This document shows positions 1 to 11,903 of a DNA stretch of 64,000 nt, in pieces. The stretch is from assembly GCF_006345805.1 (NCBI RefSeq), contig NC_043010.1, positions 44,454,001-44,518,000 of the forward strand, in the 5' to 3' direction. A program made the position numbers and the translations under genes. The DNA is from Octopus sinensis (Eukaryota). Each line of letters starts with the position of its first letter. The stretch's first letter is position 1. Under the pieces are notes generated by a model. That model searched no databases, was not told the DNA's origin, and saw nothing but the letters and a program-made list of their open reading frames with translations.

Positions 1-191
1 AAGTAAAACATTATATTCCAGTGGCAAAGTCTCATTACTATATTTCTTTAGTACTCATCTATGATAGGTTAAGAACCCAAAACAGCACCAACTTTCATTC
101 AGTGGCTGGAAACTCAGAATCAGGTGAAGCAGCAGTAGCAGCATCCCAACATCTTGGGAGCAATTTACTTGTATTTTCTTGTATAAACATA

Positions 192-592
192 GGCGCAGGA
201 GTGGCTGTGTGGTAAGTAGCTTATTTACCAACCACATGGTTCCGGGTTCAGTCCCACTGCGTGGCGCCTTGGGCAAGTGTCTTCTACTATAGCCTCGGGC
301 CGACCAAAGCCTTGTGAGTGGATTTGATAGACGGAAACTGAAAGAAGCCCGTCGTATATATGTATATATATATGTGTGCGTGTATGTTTGTGTTTGTCCC
401 CCTAGCATTGCTTGACAACCGATGCTGGTGTGTTTATGTTCCCATCACTTAGCGGTTCGGCAAAAGAGGCTGATAGAATAAGTACTGGGCTTACAAAGAA
501 TAAGTCCCGGGGTCGAGTTGCTCAATTAAAGGCGGTGCTCCAGCATGGCCGCAGTCAAATGACTGAAACAAGTAAAAGAGAGTAAAAGAGAG
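192..592 (+). mobile_element. SINE family A, full-length young copy (tRNA-like head, central (TA/GT)n, tail ...gactgaaacaagtaaaagag)
   Basis: Near-identical to 57491-57922, 62113-62525 and the reverse complement of 12838-13243. Head ggcgcaggagtggctgtgtggtaag...ggttccgggttcagtccc has A/B-box-like motifs; short tandem tail repeat agtaaaagag. Confidence 0.9.
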
Positions 593-1094
593 ATATATAC
601 ATACATATACTTATAGATACACATGCAAACACTCATATACACACTCATACGTATGCATTCAAATGTGTATTTGTGTTTCTTACAATGTGATGTAATGCAT
701 TCAGTGCATAGTTAATGGGGTAGTTGTATTGTTACTTTTCACCAGCTTGTAACCTCTTGCTTACAGATCACTGTTGTTAGTTAACTGTTGTGAGATGAAC
801 TGAGAATTGGCCAAATGTGCAAGTCTCTGCAGGCCAAGAAATTCAGATGTCTGCAGAGAAGCATGACATGCACAATTTCTATGATGTAATAAATGTTTCT
901 CTAAGGGCCCAGGAATAGTTCCACTGTATGAGTCAAGTCATCAAATAACACTTCCCCACTGAAGTATCAATCAGCAAATAGGTCAGAGCAAAGAACATTT
1001 CAATCAACTCCTAAAACAGTAAATCCATTTTTCATGGAAAAATTTTGTAAAATGTGCACAATCCATTCCCATGACAAGCAAACAATCTTTATTA

Positions 1095-1260
1095 AAATTT
1101 GTGCTGCAATCAAAATAGTGATAAATCTCCTGGACTTGAGAATATTCCAGTAGAGATTTTGAAGGAAGTTGATTTCTTCAACATTAAACTGTTTTGTTAT
1201 TCATCTCTGAAACATGTAGCCAGGAAAATATATGTCAAAACTGGAAAGATGCCAATATCA
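1095..1260 (+). mobile_element. degenerate RTE-type LINE ORF2 relic
   Basis: Translates with a frameshift to ICAAIK...DKSPGLENIPVEILKE, resembling the KSPGxDxIPxEILK block upstream of the RT domain in non-LTR elements. Confidence 0.5.
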
Positions 1261-1271
1261 TCACCATCTAA

Positions 1272-1492
1272 AAGCAGCAAGCTGGTAAAATCATTAGCAT
1301 AGAGGGCAAAATGCTTAGCAGCATTTCATTCTACTTTATGTTCTTAGTTCAAATTCTGCCAAGGCTGATTTTTGCTTTTCATCCTCTTGGGGTTGATAAA
1401 ATAAGTACCAGTTGAGTACTGGGGTTGCTGTCATCAACTTATCCCACACCCAAAATTGCTGGGCTTCTGCCAAAATTTGAAGCCAATATTAT
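1272..1492 (+). mobile_element. SINE family B, decayed copy
   Basis: agctggtaaaatcattagc...ttcttagttcaaattctgccaagg...ttttcatcctcttggggttgataaaataagtaccag; shared with 13870-14080 and other copies. Confidence 0.8.
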
Positions 1493-2124
1493 CACCATTT
1501 ATAAAATTAAAGGAAATGTATGTTGTGTCTCATCGACACTGTTGTCCTTCTTTGAACTCACTGTATATGCCATTTTATAACAGGGACTTATAACAAGGTT
1601 ATAACAATACAAGTCAGAAACAACATGTAACAAACGATATCTCTACTCAATGACTTCTATAACTGTCTTCACAAAGCACCTGCACACACCACACTGTCTT
1701 TCACTGACAGTGCGCATGTTGCTTTATATGGTTTAGGACAGTTGACTTGCTATCCCACAGGGGTGTCAGGATTTCATCACAACAATATATTTGTTTTCAC
1801 CAACAACAGCAGTACAGTACTCATATTCACATACTCACTGTTCAGAAAGTCCTGGTTATGGTCAAGCTCAATTGACTAATCTAATCAATTTCAGATAACA
1901 CCAAAGTCACAATGTGACTTCTGCATCATCTTCATTAGAAGGTGACTTCAAGAGAAATTAATGGGAAATAATTGCATTCATGCACATGACAGTTTTTAAC
2001 ACTGTAAGTAATGGCAACTATGACAGTTTCACTTGTTTCAATACATTTCTTCCATCACATGATATTCACTGGAAATGAAGTCTGCTGTCTCCCTCAGTGA
2101 CATCATGAAGGACTTGAGTTAAGA

Positions 2125-2293
2125 AGGTAGCCTCTATATAGTTACTCAATCTGCTAGAAATTGTAGCCAAATCTGCATCTGATCATACCATACCATCTTT
2201 ACAAAAAGAAAGACACAGAGTGTCTTGAAACTGAGAGCGTGATCATAGTTAGAAGGTCTTTTATCATAAGTCTGCTGTATCAGGAGCTAAACA
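2125..2293. repeat. interspersed repeat family C
   Basis: Core ctgctagaaat(a)gcagccaaatct...ggagctaaacaa recurs at about 6685, 16897, 25925, 33165, 36780, 37090, 38040, 47345, 48600, 50945, 52220, 52780, 57410, 57950 and 62690. Confidence 0.75.
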
Positions 2294-2296
2294 ATT

Positions 2297-2654
2297 GGTG
2301 GCACTCCATTGGTTGTGATGGTGAGGGTTCCAGTTGATCTGATCAATGGAACAGCCTGCTCATGATATTAATGTGCAAGTGGCCGAGCACTCCACAGATA
2401 TGTGTACCCTTAATGTAGTTTTTAGGGAGATTCAGCATGACACAGAGTGTGACAAGGCTGGACCTTTAAAATACAGGTACAACAAAAACAGGAAGAAAAG
2501 TACAGCAGGGTTTTCCACCACCCCCTGCCAGAGCCTCGTGGAACTTCAGGTGTTTTCACTCAATGAACACTCACAATGACCGGTCTGGGAATTGAAACCG
2601 CGATCCTATGCTCATGAGTTTGCTACCCTAATCACTGGGCCATTGCACCTCCAC
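2297..2654 (-). mobile_element. SINE family D (tRNA-derived head) with alternative 3' module
   Basis: Minus-strand head gtggaggtgcaatggcccagtgattagggtagc...gatcgcggtttcaattccc has A/B boxes; head and centre are shared with 29449-29746. Confidence 0.75.
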
Positions 2655-2993
2655 ACTAAACAATAATAAGATCCAAAATGAGCCTTCGATTAATTTTGAG
2701 AAGTTACATTACAAATAAAGTAAATCTGCAGCTTTGTTATTGTTAGTTAAAAACTATCAGTAACAATATTGTAAACGTATTTCTCAAGTTACAGAGATGG
2801 GCCCAGAGGTTACCATAATGAGGATGATTATGATATATAGTTGGGTTTATGAGGAGATGTATATATTCATAAGTCATTCTTAATAAATATATAATTTGAA
2901 AACCGGTGTGTCATAAAGGTAGTTCTGCTTTTAAAACAATAGTTATTATTTATCTTATAGAGTATCCATTGCAATACTGATGAAAGAACTTAC

Positions 2994-3112
2994 AGATATA
3001 TATTGCAGAAATGACTCTGGTCTCAATTACCAAAAGATAAAAATAAACAAATGCAATCACTAAGAAAGCTGTGATACCAATTAGCTTTGGTGTGTTGGGA
3101 AGATAAAGTAAC
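2994..3112 (-). CDS. candidate internal exon of an unidentified minus-strand gene (LLYLPNTPKLIGITAFLVIAFVYFYLLVIETRVISAIYI; hydrophobic)
   Basis: Acceptor tttcctatttctccattatccatattgtag and donor ct|gtaagt; 119 nt; only one frame is open; no homology recognised. Confidence 0.35.
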
Positions 3113-3562
3113 CTACAATATGGATAATGGAGAAATAGGAAACACATCAACTGAATTTTCTTCTAAATGATAGCTGTTTCACACTGAAATCATTAGAGTA
3201 TCCATTATGAGACACATGTACAGTACAGCATTTTCTCTTAGTTACAATTGAGTTAGTGGAGATATATTTTAACACCACAGAGGAGACTGAAACCATTAAA
3301 GACACAACCTTTTGCTACTGAGTAGGATAAGGCTAGTATCATGTAATATATTTTGCAACAAATGATTATGAGGTCAATAAAGACTTTTTACTCCTGAAAT
3401 GGCAGAGTCTCACACAAAATGAAATACTGCACATTCCATTTTTCAGATCAAAAATTTACAGCCAAAAAAGATTGGTCAAATTACACACCAAGACAACTTT
3501 AGAAGACCGAAAATTCCAAGTGAAATGCAGTAGAATTTGGAAAGATAGAGACAATGTTTGAA

Positions 3563-3873
3563 TCTTTTATCTTTTATTTGTTTCAGTTATTAGACTGCAG
3601 CCATGCAGGGACACCACCTTGAAGAAATTGAATGAATCAACCCCAGTACTTAATTTTTTTTAAGCCTGGTACTTATTCTATCAGCCTCTTTTGCCAAACT
3701 GCTAAGTTACAGGTATGTAAGTACACCAGCACCAGTTGTCAAGCAGTGATGGGGTACAAACACTTACACAAAGATACACACATATAGATATATACATACA
3801 CAATGGGCTTCTTTCAGTTTCTGTCAACCAAATCTACTCGCAAAGCTTTGGTTGGTCCTAGGCTATAGTAGAG
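3563..3873 (-). mobile_element. SINE family A, 5'-truncated decayed copy
   Basis: Reverse complement of the family A tail and centre (tcttttatttgtttcagttattagactgcagccatgc...). Confidence 0.8.
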
Positions 3874-4147
3874 TCAGTGTAATCAACTTACCCCATCCCC
3901 CTAAAATTGCTGGCTTTAAACCAAAATTTGAATCCATCATCATTATCATTATAAAGGCAGTGGTTTGGAAACATCATTTAAGAGGCAGACAAGATGTTAT
4001 ACAATATTTCTTCCGGCTCTTTACATTCTTGGTTCAAATCCCACAGAGGTCAACTGTGCCTTTCATCCTTCCAGAGTCAATAAAATAAAATATTAGTCAA
4101 GTAATGGGGTCAGTGTAATCCACTAACTCCTCTTCTCAAAATTATTG

Positions 4148-4360
4148 ATTTCAAATTTCAGTACAAGACCAGCAATTTTGCAGGAAGGTTAAGTTGATTT
4201 CATTGACCTCACCCGATGTTCAGCTAGTACTTAATTTATTAAATCCGAAAGAATGAAAGGCAAAGCTGGCTTTGGTGGAATTTGAACTTAGAATGTAAAG
4301 ACGGATGAAATGCTGCTAAGCATTTTGCCCAGCATGCTAATGATTCTGCCAGCTCACTGC
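4148..4360 (-). mobile_element. SINE family B
   Basis: aaggcaaagctggctttggtggaatttgaacttagaatg...gctaatgattctgccagctcactgc is the reverse complement of the family B head. Confidence 0.8.
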
Positions 4361-5096
4361 TTTCTCTTTTCAAAAATTATTATTGTTTTTCTTCCTTTCA
4401 TTTCTTTCAACATAGATTTCTTATCCCCAGCTCAGCTTATAAACACTCCCTCTCCTCCACTTCACATCTCTCTCAGAAAAACAAAATAGACCCTCTCAAG
4501 CAATATTCTTTTATTCTTTTATCCTTTTACCAGTTTCAGCTTCTGAGCTATGGTCAAGCTGGAGCATTGCCATTTTTTTAAATAGTTGGTATTTTTGGAA
4601 TCAGGAAGTTGGATACAACTGTTCTTATATAAGTATTTCTTGTGACATAGGCCCAGATGGGATCTTAAAAAGTAGAATCCATGTGTTGTTTGAATGTGTT
4701 GACATCTACTCTCCCTATATATATCTTATGTTTTTCAGTGAGATATTAAAAAGCTGTGGTCATTTGAACTACCTCAAGCTATTTCATTATTTGGTCCTGA
4801 CCAGACAGAGTCAATGGAACCTTTAGCACTATGAAATGGTACTCGGTTCAAGTATTTGAATAGGTATCAATGCCAAAATTTGATACCTGTCCTTCCAAGG
4901 TTTTTCATACATATCACTGCATATTTTCCTTATTTGCTCCCAAAGAGTAGAACTTTGATATTTTCAAGCACTCCCAGTACACCTATTCTGCAAAGATCTT
5001 CTTGGTGAAGTAGCTTAGAACTGCTTTGAGTTCCACTGTCAGTTTGACACTAGTGAACTTCTCAACAACACAGCCATACCTACACCTATTGTGTGT

Positions 5097-5260
5097 GTGT
5101 GAAGGAGCATGACCAAGTGGTTAGAGTGTTGGGCTCATGATTGTGAGATCATGGGTTCAATTGCTTGATTGGGTAGCACATAGTGTCACTGTGTCCTCGA
5201 GTAAGGAACTTCGTTTCATTTGACTCCAGTGTACTCAGTTGAAAATGAGTACTAGCTGCC
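5097..5260 (+). mobile_element. tRNA-derived SINE head (family D-related), decayed
   Basis: gtgaaggagcatgaccaagtggttagagtgttggg...gggttcaattgc...tgtgtcctcgagtaaggaacttc; a similar copy lies at 13693-13830. Confidence 0.6.
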
Positions 5261-5608
5261 TTCTTGAGGAACTCACTCTTGCTCCAGCTGCCATATCCTT
5301 GAAATTCCACAGGGTCAAAGGTAGGCAGGTTAAAAGGTTGTATGTCTGCTTGTGACTACATAGGCACTTAAAAACATAACCAATAAATGCATTGTATTAG
5401 CTACCAAGTTATACTCACTCAACCATGTGTGTGTGTGTGTGTGTACATATATATATATATGAGAGGTAATGGTGTCAAGAAGATCCAAAGGTGTCACGTA
5501 ATGCTGAGTAAGTGCTATGGACAGACTATAGTTAAGCTCCAGGTTCGGTGATTATGCGAATGAGCAGTTCAACATAGGTCATATATCAGCTTGTATATAT
5601 ATAAAAAT

Positions 5609-5832
5609 ATTAACAGAATGAGATAAAAATCCAAGGCTGTGAAAGATTTCAGAACATTTATAAATAGAAGGCCTTACAGCTGTTTCTGGGATATTTTATA
5701 TATCCCTTCATCGGAGACGGTGTGAGAAAATGGGGTGATGAAGGGATATATAAACTATCCCGGAAACAGCTGTAAGACCTTAAATGCTTTGTAATCTTTC
5801 ACAGCCTTGGATTTTTATCTCATTCTGTTAAT
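5609..5832. mobile_element. fold-back element in (TA)n with about 100-bp inverted arms carrying hammerhead-like motifs (Penelope-like derivative suspected)
   Basis: Arm 5609-5712 is the imperfect reverse complement of 5737-5832; 24-nt spacer; TA runs on both flanks. Confidence 0.8.
5669..5720 (-). ncRNA. degenerate type I hammerhead-ribozyme-like motif
   Basis: Minus strand reads gtct CCGATGA a gggatat-ataaa-atatccc a GAAA c-agct-g TA aggc. The core is one substitution from CUGAUGA; stem II is 7 bp; stem III has a palindromic loop; GUA triplet present. Confidence 0.45.
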
Positions 5833-6011
5833 TTATATATATATATATATATACTTACAACATTTAATAAAATGATGTAGTACGAAACGATCATACCAAA
5901 TTACCGGAGTCATTCTTGTTGCTTATTTTGATTATAATCACCCCACGGATTTTTATGGATAACACCATACAAAATTCTGGTGCATCTAAATTAAGTACCA
6001 TATTCATTTGA

Positions 6012-6034
6012 ATCTATCTATCTATCTATCTATC

Positions 6035-6097
<63 letters not shown>

Positions 6098-6140
6098 GTA
6101 TGTCTGTATGTGTGTGTGTGTCAATACACACACACACACA
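6012..6140. repeat. compound microsatellite (ATCT)n(AT)n(GT)n...(CA)n
   Basis: Directly visible. Confidence 0.95.
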
Positions 6141-6339
6141 CTGATGCTAAAATTTGTTCAATATTATGGGTTAATAAAACATCAATGATAGAGGGCACCT
6201 GTTACTTACAATGTATCCTCTAATTATTGTTAGATTGACTATGCAATTAAGAATAAAACCTTTTTCAAAGACCCTGTACTATGCAAGTTGCTTGATGTGA
6301 ACTACTGACCCTTTGGTTAGCCGGCTAGCATTCTCTCAC

Positions 6340-6442
6340 CAAGGACTGCTGTGACAATTATATTTATTCTCCTGAATTCTATATACAGTTTTATGGAAGT
6401 AGGACAGAACAAGAACAGGTGAAGGCAATATCCTCTGTCTGA
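6340..6442 (-). CDS. candidate internal exon (RQRILPSPVLVLSYFHKTVYRIQENKYNCHSSP; a second frame is also open)
   Basis: Acceptor ttttatgtttatag and donor ttg|gtgaga; 103 nt; phase-compatible with the 15498-15615 and 2994-3112 candidates. Confidence 0.3.
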
Positions 6443-6684
6443 CTATAAACATAAAAGCAATAATCCATATCTATTTGTTGTTTGATGACATATCTAACAT
6501 AAAATTTATACACAATGTATGCTAGAGTAATAATACAAACTAAAAAACAAGACAAAAAAATCAAAATAGAAATAAAACCAGCTCAGAATATTTCAAAAGT
6601 CAACAATTATAACTTGATAAAATTTAAGAGTCAAGGAGATCTTCCAAAGTTTTCTCTGATAACAATTTTACTTGGTTGCAAACA

Positions 6685-6976
6685 GAAGGAATCTCTATGT
6701 GATGACTCAACCTAAGAGAAATAGCAGCCAGTATTCTCTCAGGTCAAATCCTACCATCTTAAAAAAAAAGAAGACACTGGATAATGTATCATCATCAATT
6801 TTTGGCTATTACTGACTCAAGTCCTAAGATTCATAGGGATGAGTACCCGGATTCCAAGGTGGCATATAAGTGATCAAGATCACAACCTTCCCTAAAACAA
6901 TGAAAAGGTTTTGGCTGAAATGTCTCTGATCATAGGACTATTCAATCAAGATTGTCCTGGGGAGGGAGCTAAACAT
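6685..6976. repeat. interspersed repeat family C
   Basis: aatagcagccagtattctctcaggtcaaatcctaccatcttaaaaaaaaagaagacactggataatg...ggagctaaaca. Confidence 0.7.
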
Positions 6977-7061
6977 CATAGAAAACAGCTTTGCTTATTC
7001 TTAATATCTATACATCTAGTTTTAAGCATCTCTCTTTCTCTCTCTTCACGCACACACACAT

Positions 7062-7562
7062 ACATCTTTTATCTTTTACTTTATTATATCAATCGCTTTT
7101 GCTGAACCACTAAGTTATAGGTACACAAGCACACCAAAACTAGTTGTCAAGCAGTGGTGGAGGACAAATAAACACACATCTCACCATCATCCTCATTTAG
7201 TGTTTGTTTTTCATGCTGGCATGTGTTTGGCAGTTTACCAGAACTGGTAAGCTAGAGAGCTGTATCTGGCTCCAGTTTGATTTAACTTGGTTTCTACAGC
7301 TGGATGCCCTTCCTGACACCAACCACTCCAAGAGTGTAGAGGGTACCTTTTATGTGTCACCAACATGGGTGCCTTTTATAAATCACCAGCATTGTCCATA
7401 TATGATGGGCTTTTTTCAGTTTCTATCTACCAAATCCACTCACAAGGGTTTGGTCAGCCTGAAGCTATAGTAGCAGATGCCAAAAGTACCACACAGCAGA
7501 ACTGAACTCAGAACCAAGTGGCTGGGAAGCAATCTTCTTACCACACAGCCACACCTGTACCT
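7062..7562 (-). mobile_element. SINE family A interrupted at about 7183-7400 by an RTE-tail-type SINE fragment
   Basis: Family A tail (7062-7180) and head (7405-7562) flank an insert containing ctggatgcccttcctgacaccaaccactc. Confidence 0.75.
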
Positions 7563-9294
7563 AAGTATGTTAGAAGTAGTTTCCCTGACTACAACAAATG
7601 GACAGTGTAATTTTTAATGATTGATGGCAGTGGGACTTTTACTTCAGTGAGACTGTGCTGATCACTGAAATTGCATAGCTAATGGTGGCATGAGAATAGT
7701 GGAAGGAAATACACATATGTGAGTGTGTTGTCTGGCTGAACATCACAGGGACTTGTGTGTGTATGTGTGTGTGAGAGAGAGAGACAGAGGAATGATTGCA
7801 CAATATAAATACTGAAAATGTATGTCTGAAATATATATAAGCAAGTATTTAAACATGCATATATTTTGTGTGTGATATGTGTGTGTGTGTTAAAATACTA
7901 TTGAAAAGCTGGTTGAACAAGTGTGTCACCTTGTTTTCTTACTAAAGTTGTTTTTCTCTTTCTGAGTTGATTAACAGGTAGCTAGGGTAGGTTGACAAGG
8001 TAAGTCTTGAGTATTTCAGTTACATTCAGACACAAGTTGTGCTTTTGACAAAACATTAATATCTATGCCTATATGTGCACTAACTCATGTACAGATTATC
8101 ATATATTTATTGATGTGTCTACATGTGCACCTTTGTATGTATGTATGGTGTCGTTTGCAGCATGATAAATTGTTTATCTCTTTTTGATAGGGCTAGCAGA
8201 TATTACCACACATGGGTTCCTCATAGGAAAGAGTACGTGATTTGTCTGAATGGATATCATTAACTGGATGTCATAAGAAAGCTTCTATGTAGATGCTTAC
8301 AATATTGTAGTTTCTTAAGCATTCCCTCATTAACTATTGTATGCATATCTATATGCATGATAAATGCTTTTAAACAGAATATGACTCTAATTGAGGAATC
8401 TTGGCCTGCTTGCCTAGCCAGTGGGGTGGTGTCATTAGAAGGCTAAGATGATGCAAAGTGCATTGTGACCCCGTGATGTGTAACAATGTCTGATAGTCTG
8501 GTTGGTCACATGATCACATGATAATTGTAAGCTGGGAGGTAAAAGTTTGTAAGATATTTAACATGTTGACCCTTAATTCAATTTTTAGTGGCATTCTAGT
8601 CACAGCCATACTGTCTCTAATTTGGGTATGCTTCCTCAAGGATTATGAACTTAAAACATACAGACTCATCACTTTTAAAGACAATGCAGTTTTACATGGG
8701 ATATTTGGCTGCTAGTAATAAAGAAACTAGCTAAGATATAACATCCTGTTCATTTCCTGCCTCTAGAAATTATATAATTGCAATTTTTGATATACATATA
8801 CTTCTAAGAGATTTGTACAGGTTGAACACAAAAACCTATCAGTTTTTTTTAATTGCCAACAGGAGTCTACAACAACAGTCATTTTATTCAGAATATCTGT
8901 TCAGTTGCAGATTGAAGGCACAAGGTAAGATATGCCATTCCATTAATGTCAGCATATGCTGCCAGCTGGAATATCTTCCAAACCAATCCCAAGCTTTATC
9001 TCAACAATACAAACACAGCTGCCATTTGTCTATTAGCCCAACTTAGATCCAGTTACCATCATATGGCCCTATTGATAGTCAAGCATACTACGCCATAATG
9101 ATAACCTGTGTCGATCAATGTAAGGCTTCCCATAGCTAATAAAGGACACAATTCTATGCCCACATGTCTCTGAAACAAATCACTGATACAAATTTAGTTT
9201 AGTTCTAAAAAATGTTTGTCTTAAAAGTTACTACTTTCTTTCTAAGTCTTGAAACTTAATACATATATATCACTCTAAATAAGGTAAGTGATAT

Positions 9295-10240
9295 ATGGTA
9301 GGCATCCATCAGGGCCCAGTTCTCAGTCTCCTCCTATACATCATGGTTCTCCAGGCTGTGACATAAAAGTTCAAAACTTGCTAGCCATGAGAACTCCTGT
9401 ATGCCAATGAATAATTCTTGTAGTTCAATTAATAACAGTGGAAGCAGAGTGTACAATCAAATGTCTGAAGGTAAATCTAGCAAAGATAACAGCTAAAAAG
9501 TTGTATTTAGGAATTTCATTCTGTGTACCAAATATAAATTAAAGGTGCACAAGAGAATCATTAGAGTCACAGGTAGAGTGGCATAGAAGAAAGAATTCTT
9601 ATGTAGCAGATGCAGAAGATTAGTTAGCAATCAGAGCACTAATGAAGGTTTCATAGAAGTTGACAGTTTCTGTTACTTAGATGATCTAATTAGCAATGGG
9701 GGTGGGGTGGACTGAAAGCATAGCAATCAATATGAGAATGGTTTGTTAAGATTCCAGGAAGCTATTACTTCTCTTGGCAACCACTAGCTCTTCTGAATGA
9801 AGAGTTGATTGTATGAAACTTGTGCACAATGTGTGATATTGCATAATAGAAAAACATCGGAATTAAATGCAGAGAATGTGTGAAGGCTGGAAAGAAATGA
9901 AGTAAGCATGTGTTGTTGGATGTGTAATGTGAGTATTGGAGCTGAAATAAAAAAACTGAGTATAACAAAAATTGTATGTAGTATGCAAGACAGAAAATTG
10001 CACTGATGCAGACATGATGCACGTATGTTGTTACAGCTGGGTAAAAGCAAAAGTTCCAAGTGATCCAAGAAGAAGGAACTTGTGGAAGAGGAAGACAGAG
10101 GAAGTTGGAGACAAACTGTTGAAGGAAGATTTCAAGACCTGAATCTTATGAAAAAGATGATGAAAGACTGCAACAAGTAGCATGGAGCTGTACTAGAAAA
10201 GAACTGTCCAAAATATGCAAACATGGGAAAAGTGGTACAG
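9295..10240 (+). mobile_element. decayed RTE/RTEX-type LINE 3' half (RT motifs to 3' end)
   Basis: GIHQGPVLSLLLYIMVLQAVT...ELLYANE (YADD-like), EVDSFCYLDDLISNGGG, and a GTCGRGR-like end. Many stops. Same family as 63345-64000. Confidence 0.8.
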
Positions 10241-11049
10241 GAGGAGGAGCAGGATTGAGCAAGCTGAATAACTATGTACAAGTTTACTAGCTAGTATGAA
10301 CTAATATTTTGATTTATTAATTAGAGCAAGACAAATGCCCAAGGTCATTTCAAGTCATCATACATTGAAAGCAATGATTAAATGTGTTAATTTGATACAG
10401 CTAACTAATATGTTGTTTGAATAAATGCCAAATGATTTCTTTAATGTGTAATTATAAGTTCTGTGATTTTGTAATGCCATAGCAAAATATACTGAACAAT
10501 TTATCCTAATGATTTTTTAGGTAGTGTGTAGCTGGGACCACATTAACTTGTTTCCTACTCCTTTTAAGATAGCAATGTGTCATGATATTTAAGGGATATT
10601 TAGCTGGTATTTCTAGTAGACTGAGTAACTGTGTAAAGGTTTTCTCATTTTCTCTTTGACTCGTTTTGGTGGATTTCTCACTTTAATATTAATCAAGGAA
10701 GTAGGAAGTAATCACTCTCAACTTTTATAGCTGGCTGGTGACACCTCATAATGACAGGGTGAATAAGGTAATGAATAGGTAAGGGATAGCCAACTTATAT
10801 TTTACAACTGGAGCTAGGTAATATTGTATTGTAATGCATCGTATTTTAGGCAAGGCACTTTTTAGTGCCTTACCTGCAGCAGAAATGAACAGAGACAGAA
10901 ATCACAATTTTTAGCATACATTAAAGCTTGTTACATTTATGTATGTATGCATAAACATCTCAAACTTTAATTTCTAAAGCATAGTTTCAATCTTCATAAT
11001 AACTGTGCCACATTTATATTCTAGAAATAAAGGTTACAAGTTTGATTTA

Positions 11050-11800
11050 ACTTCAAAATATTCAGATTTGGCAAAGACTGGACAGTCAGAGATGATGTTG
11101 TCAACTGTTTCATTGTGCTGGTTGCGCATTCAGCATTTGGTGTTAAGGACTGTTTTCATTATTCTGATTTTATAGTTGTTTGTGGTCTGGCATTTGTCTT
11201 GTGCAGCAAGAATCAGTTCTTCTTTTTCTGCTTTTGGCCCAGAGCTTTTAAACCATTGTTGGCTTTTAATTAGGCTCACTTCTCCTCTGTCAAGCATGCA
11301 GGGTATTGATCTTGGAGTAATTTTTCCCTCCATTTCTTCTTTAGTAGGTTTTGTAGCTCAGTTTTTCATGTTGTTTTCTGTCTCTTTGGCCATTTCTCCT
11401 ATGTTGTCATCTGAGATCAGTGTTTCAGTGTAGTTTGTTTCTGTTTTGTATTTTGTCACCTCCTTGTGCATAAAGCATTTTCTTCTTTTTCGTGTTGCTT
11501 GAGTACATGTAATAGTCTTTCATTTTTTGTTTCTAAGTATTTTTCTAGTCCATCTGTTAATTTATAGTAGTTCCCTATTGGTGTCAGGCTGCAACCTCCT
11601 GAGTGAGGTAGATATATTCTGTCTTTGTCTGCTTTGAGGAGGTGACTTCAGTTTTTTCTAAGTTTCTCAATTCTCTAATTTTCCAGATTATTATGTTCAA
11701 GCTGTAATTTACAACTGGTATGACTAGTGTGTTTATTCCTATTATCTTATTTTTAGCATTGAGTTCAGTGTGACTCTTCTCTCTTAATTTTCTCTTTCAT
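11050..11800 (-). mobile_element. decayed R4/Dong-like (RLE-clade) non-LTR retrotransposon fragment
   Basis: LNAKNKIIGINTLVIPVVNYS; SQQWFKSSGPKAEKEELILAAQD; KC*MRNQHNETVDNIISDCPVFAKSEY (eroded CCHC knuckle). Confidence 0.75.
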
Positions 11801-11903
11801 TTCTGTGTGTTTTATTTTCACTCTTTTGTCTATTCCTAGATATTTGAATGGAATAGATGAAATAGCTAAGATACAACACACAGAAATTATCATTATTATT
11901 ATT

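Noticed and set aside
55-408. ORFs of 60-143 aa at 55-408, 13010-13276, 24516-24947, 57471-57774 and 62096-62361
   Set aside because: They share the same SINE-derived peptides (YSRRHLPKVPRSGTEPGTMWL) and are by-products of the repeat.
8863-8924. Plus-strand exon candidate (caacag|...caag|gtaaga)
   Set aside because: Isolated, with two open frames and no supporting neighbouring exons or homology.
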